From Lama glama (Eukaryota), in contig CM052816.1 of NCBI GenBank assembly GCA_028534125.1, positions 33,606,001-33,670,000 on the forward strand: DNA of 64,000 nt. The letters run 5' to 3'. Of this stretch, positions 62,740 to 64,000 are shown in pieces (position 1 is the stretch's first letter; each line of letters starts with the position of its first letter). The notes beneath the pieces were generated by a model. The model was not told where the DNA came from and did not search any database. It saw nothing but the letters and a program-made list of their open reading frames with translations. A program made the translations under genes and the position numbers.

Positions 62740-63070
62740 ATTTCATTCAGGAAGTATTTATTCAACATTTAATGAATCACAGACACTTCTAGATGCTTCT
62801 AATATCATTATAATCAAAACAGACATATGACTTGTTTCAGCCATACACATAGTCAAAACAGACATACAAAACTTTGCCCTCATGGAATTTGTTTTCTATC
62901 AAAGAGAGACAGACAATAATAAAGAAGTAAACAATAACTTTAAAGGATGTTGATAGGTGTTCTGTGGGGGGAGGAGAGGCATAGAGAGGGATGGATAGTG
63001 TCAGAGTTACAATTTTAAATAGTGTTTGCCCAGTAAATTCTCACTGAGAAGGTGATATTTGAGCAACATA
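62740..63070 (-). mobile_element. L2 3' remnant
   Basis: TTATTCAACATTTAATGA..TGCCCTCATGGAATTT..CTCACTGAGAAGGTGATATTTGAGC. Confidence 0.65.
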
Positions 63071-64000
63071 TTGGGATCACAAAATATGTTTTTTTGTATC
63101 CTACACACATTATATTGGAATGTATTATACTGGAAGTCAAATCTTCTGCCATCTAAGCTCTAACCAGATTGTCCTGTCCTCAATTGCTGTGTCCTTCAGT
63201 GGTTGTTCCCTGCCCTCTTCCCTCTTGTCTCAATCTCAGGATGAGGAAGGCAAAAGTGGCTGGCGTGGCCTGTGCCCATGACCATCAGGGCAGACCCTAG
63301 CTTTCCCCAAAGCTTCTGGAACCCTTATTTTTGCCCTGGAGGTTGAGTTGCACCCTTCCTTCCTCTTCACCACAAAAAGAGAAAGAAAAAAAAGGAAAAA
63401 AGAAAGGTTTTTGGAAAAAGGGTTTGTCCTGATTTCCTACAGGGCAAAGGAAACTGCCAGTTCAGCTGTATTATGAACTTCTTTGGGTAGAGGTGTGTCT
63501 TACTTATTTTTGTATCCCCAATACTTGGCTGAAGGCTTGGCACACAGTAGGTGCTCTGTAAATTCTAACTTGATACATAATGTGAGCTTCCTCTTAGCTG
63601 AGGGAAAGTAAATGGATTTAGGAATTTGGAACTTTCCCTCCTCTATCATTACTCAGCACCAGCCCTCAGGGCAGTGGTCAGGAGAAAGTTTCCACTCAGA
63701 AAAAAATGAATGTATTCCCATTTGCTCTGTAGCCTGGGCTGTATGGCTATGGTGGCCCCTCCCACTGGTGCTCAGAGCATTCTGAGTGGAGGGGGAGTGA
63801 CAGGGTGACTGTAGCTCTAACTTGTAGCAGGTATTCAGGAATAGGAGAATGGACTTGACATCACTTGTTTACCTTTTGCCTCCATTGTCTCTTCCAGGTG
63901 TGAGAAGTGAAAGAAGGAAGGACTAGAGACATAATTTAAGAAAATGATGATGCAAAAGGATGATGATCCTGAAGACACCTATCCCCAAGTATTCTCTCTA

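Noticed and set aside
58550..64000. TSLP exons expected upstream by human synteny
   Set aside because: No TSLP-like coding sequence seen; if synteny holds the gene lies beyond the window end.

Overview
AT-rich mammalian genomic DNA, probably from a camelid (three Vic-1-like, tRNA-Ala-derived SINEs). The window holds one complete protein-coding gene on the minus strand, WDR36 (UTP21 orthologue, SSU processome / UTP-B). I traced all 23 coding exons by hand from ATG 57691 to TAA 20929. All introns are GT-AG, phases are consistent, and the exons sum to 2688 nt (895 aa + stop). A CpG-island promoter lies at about 57.4-58.05 kb. The remainder is intron and intergenic DNA with L1, L2/MIR, MaLR/ERVL/ERV1 LTR, Tigger/Charlie remnants and microsatellites. 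The most unusual object is a 78-nt, 81% GC, CpG-intact non-repeat sequence with an A-tail and a perfect 15-bp target-site duplication, about 0.5 kb upstream of the WDR36 ATG. It looks like an L1-mediated retrocopy of a short promoter-proximal RNA. Other points of note: an AUG-less but open 56-codon N-terminal extension, 5 of 22 AAG acceptors, a candidate poison exon, a CTCF site with upstream motif, and an unexplained 72-bp direct repeat. I see no convincing new multi-gene system. Repeat family names and human comparisons are from memory, not from database searches.
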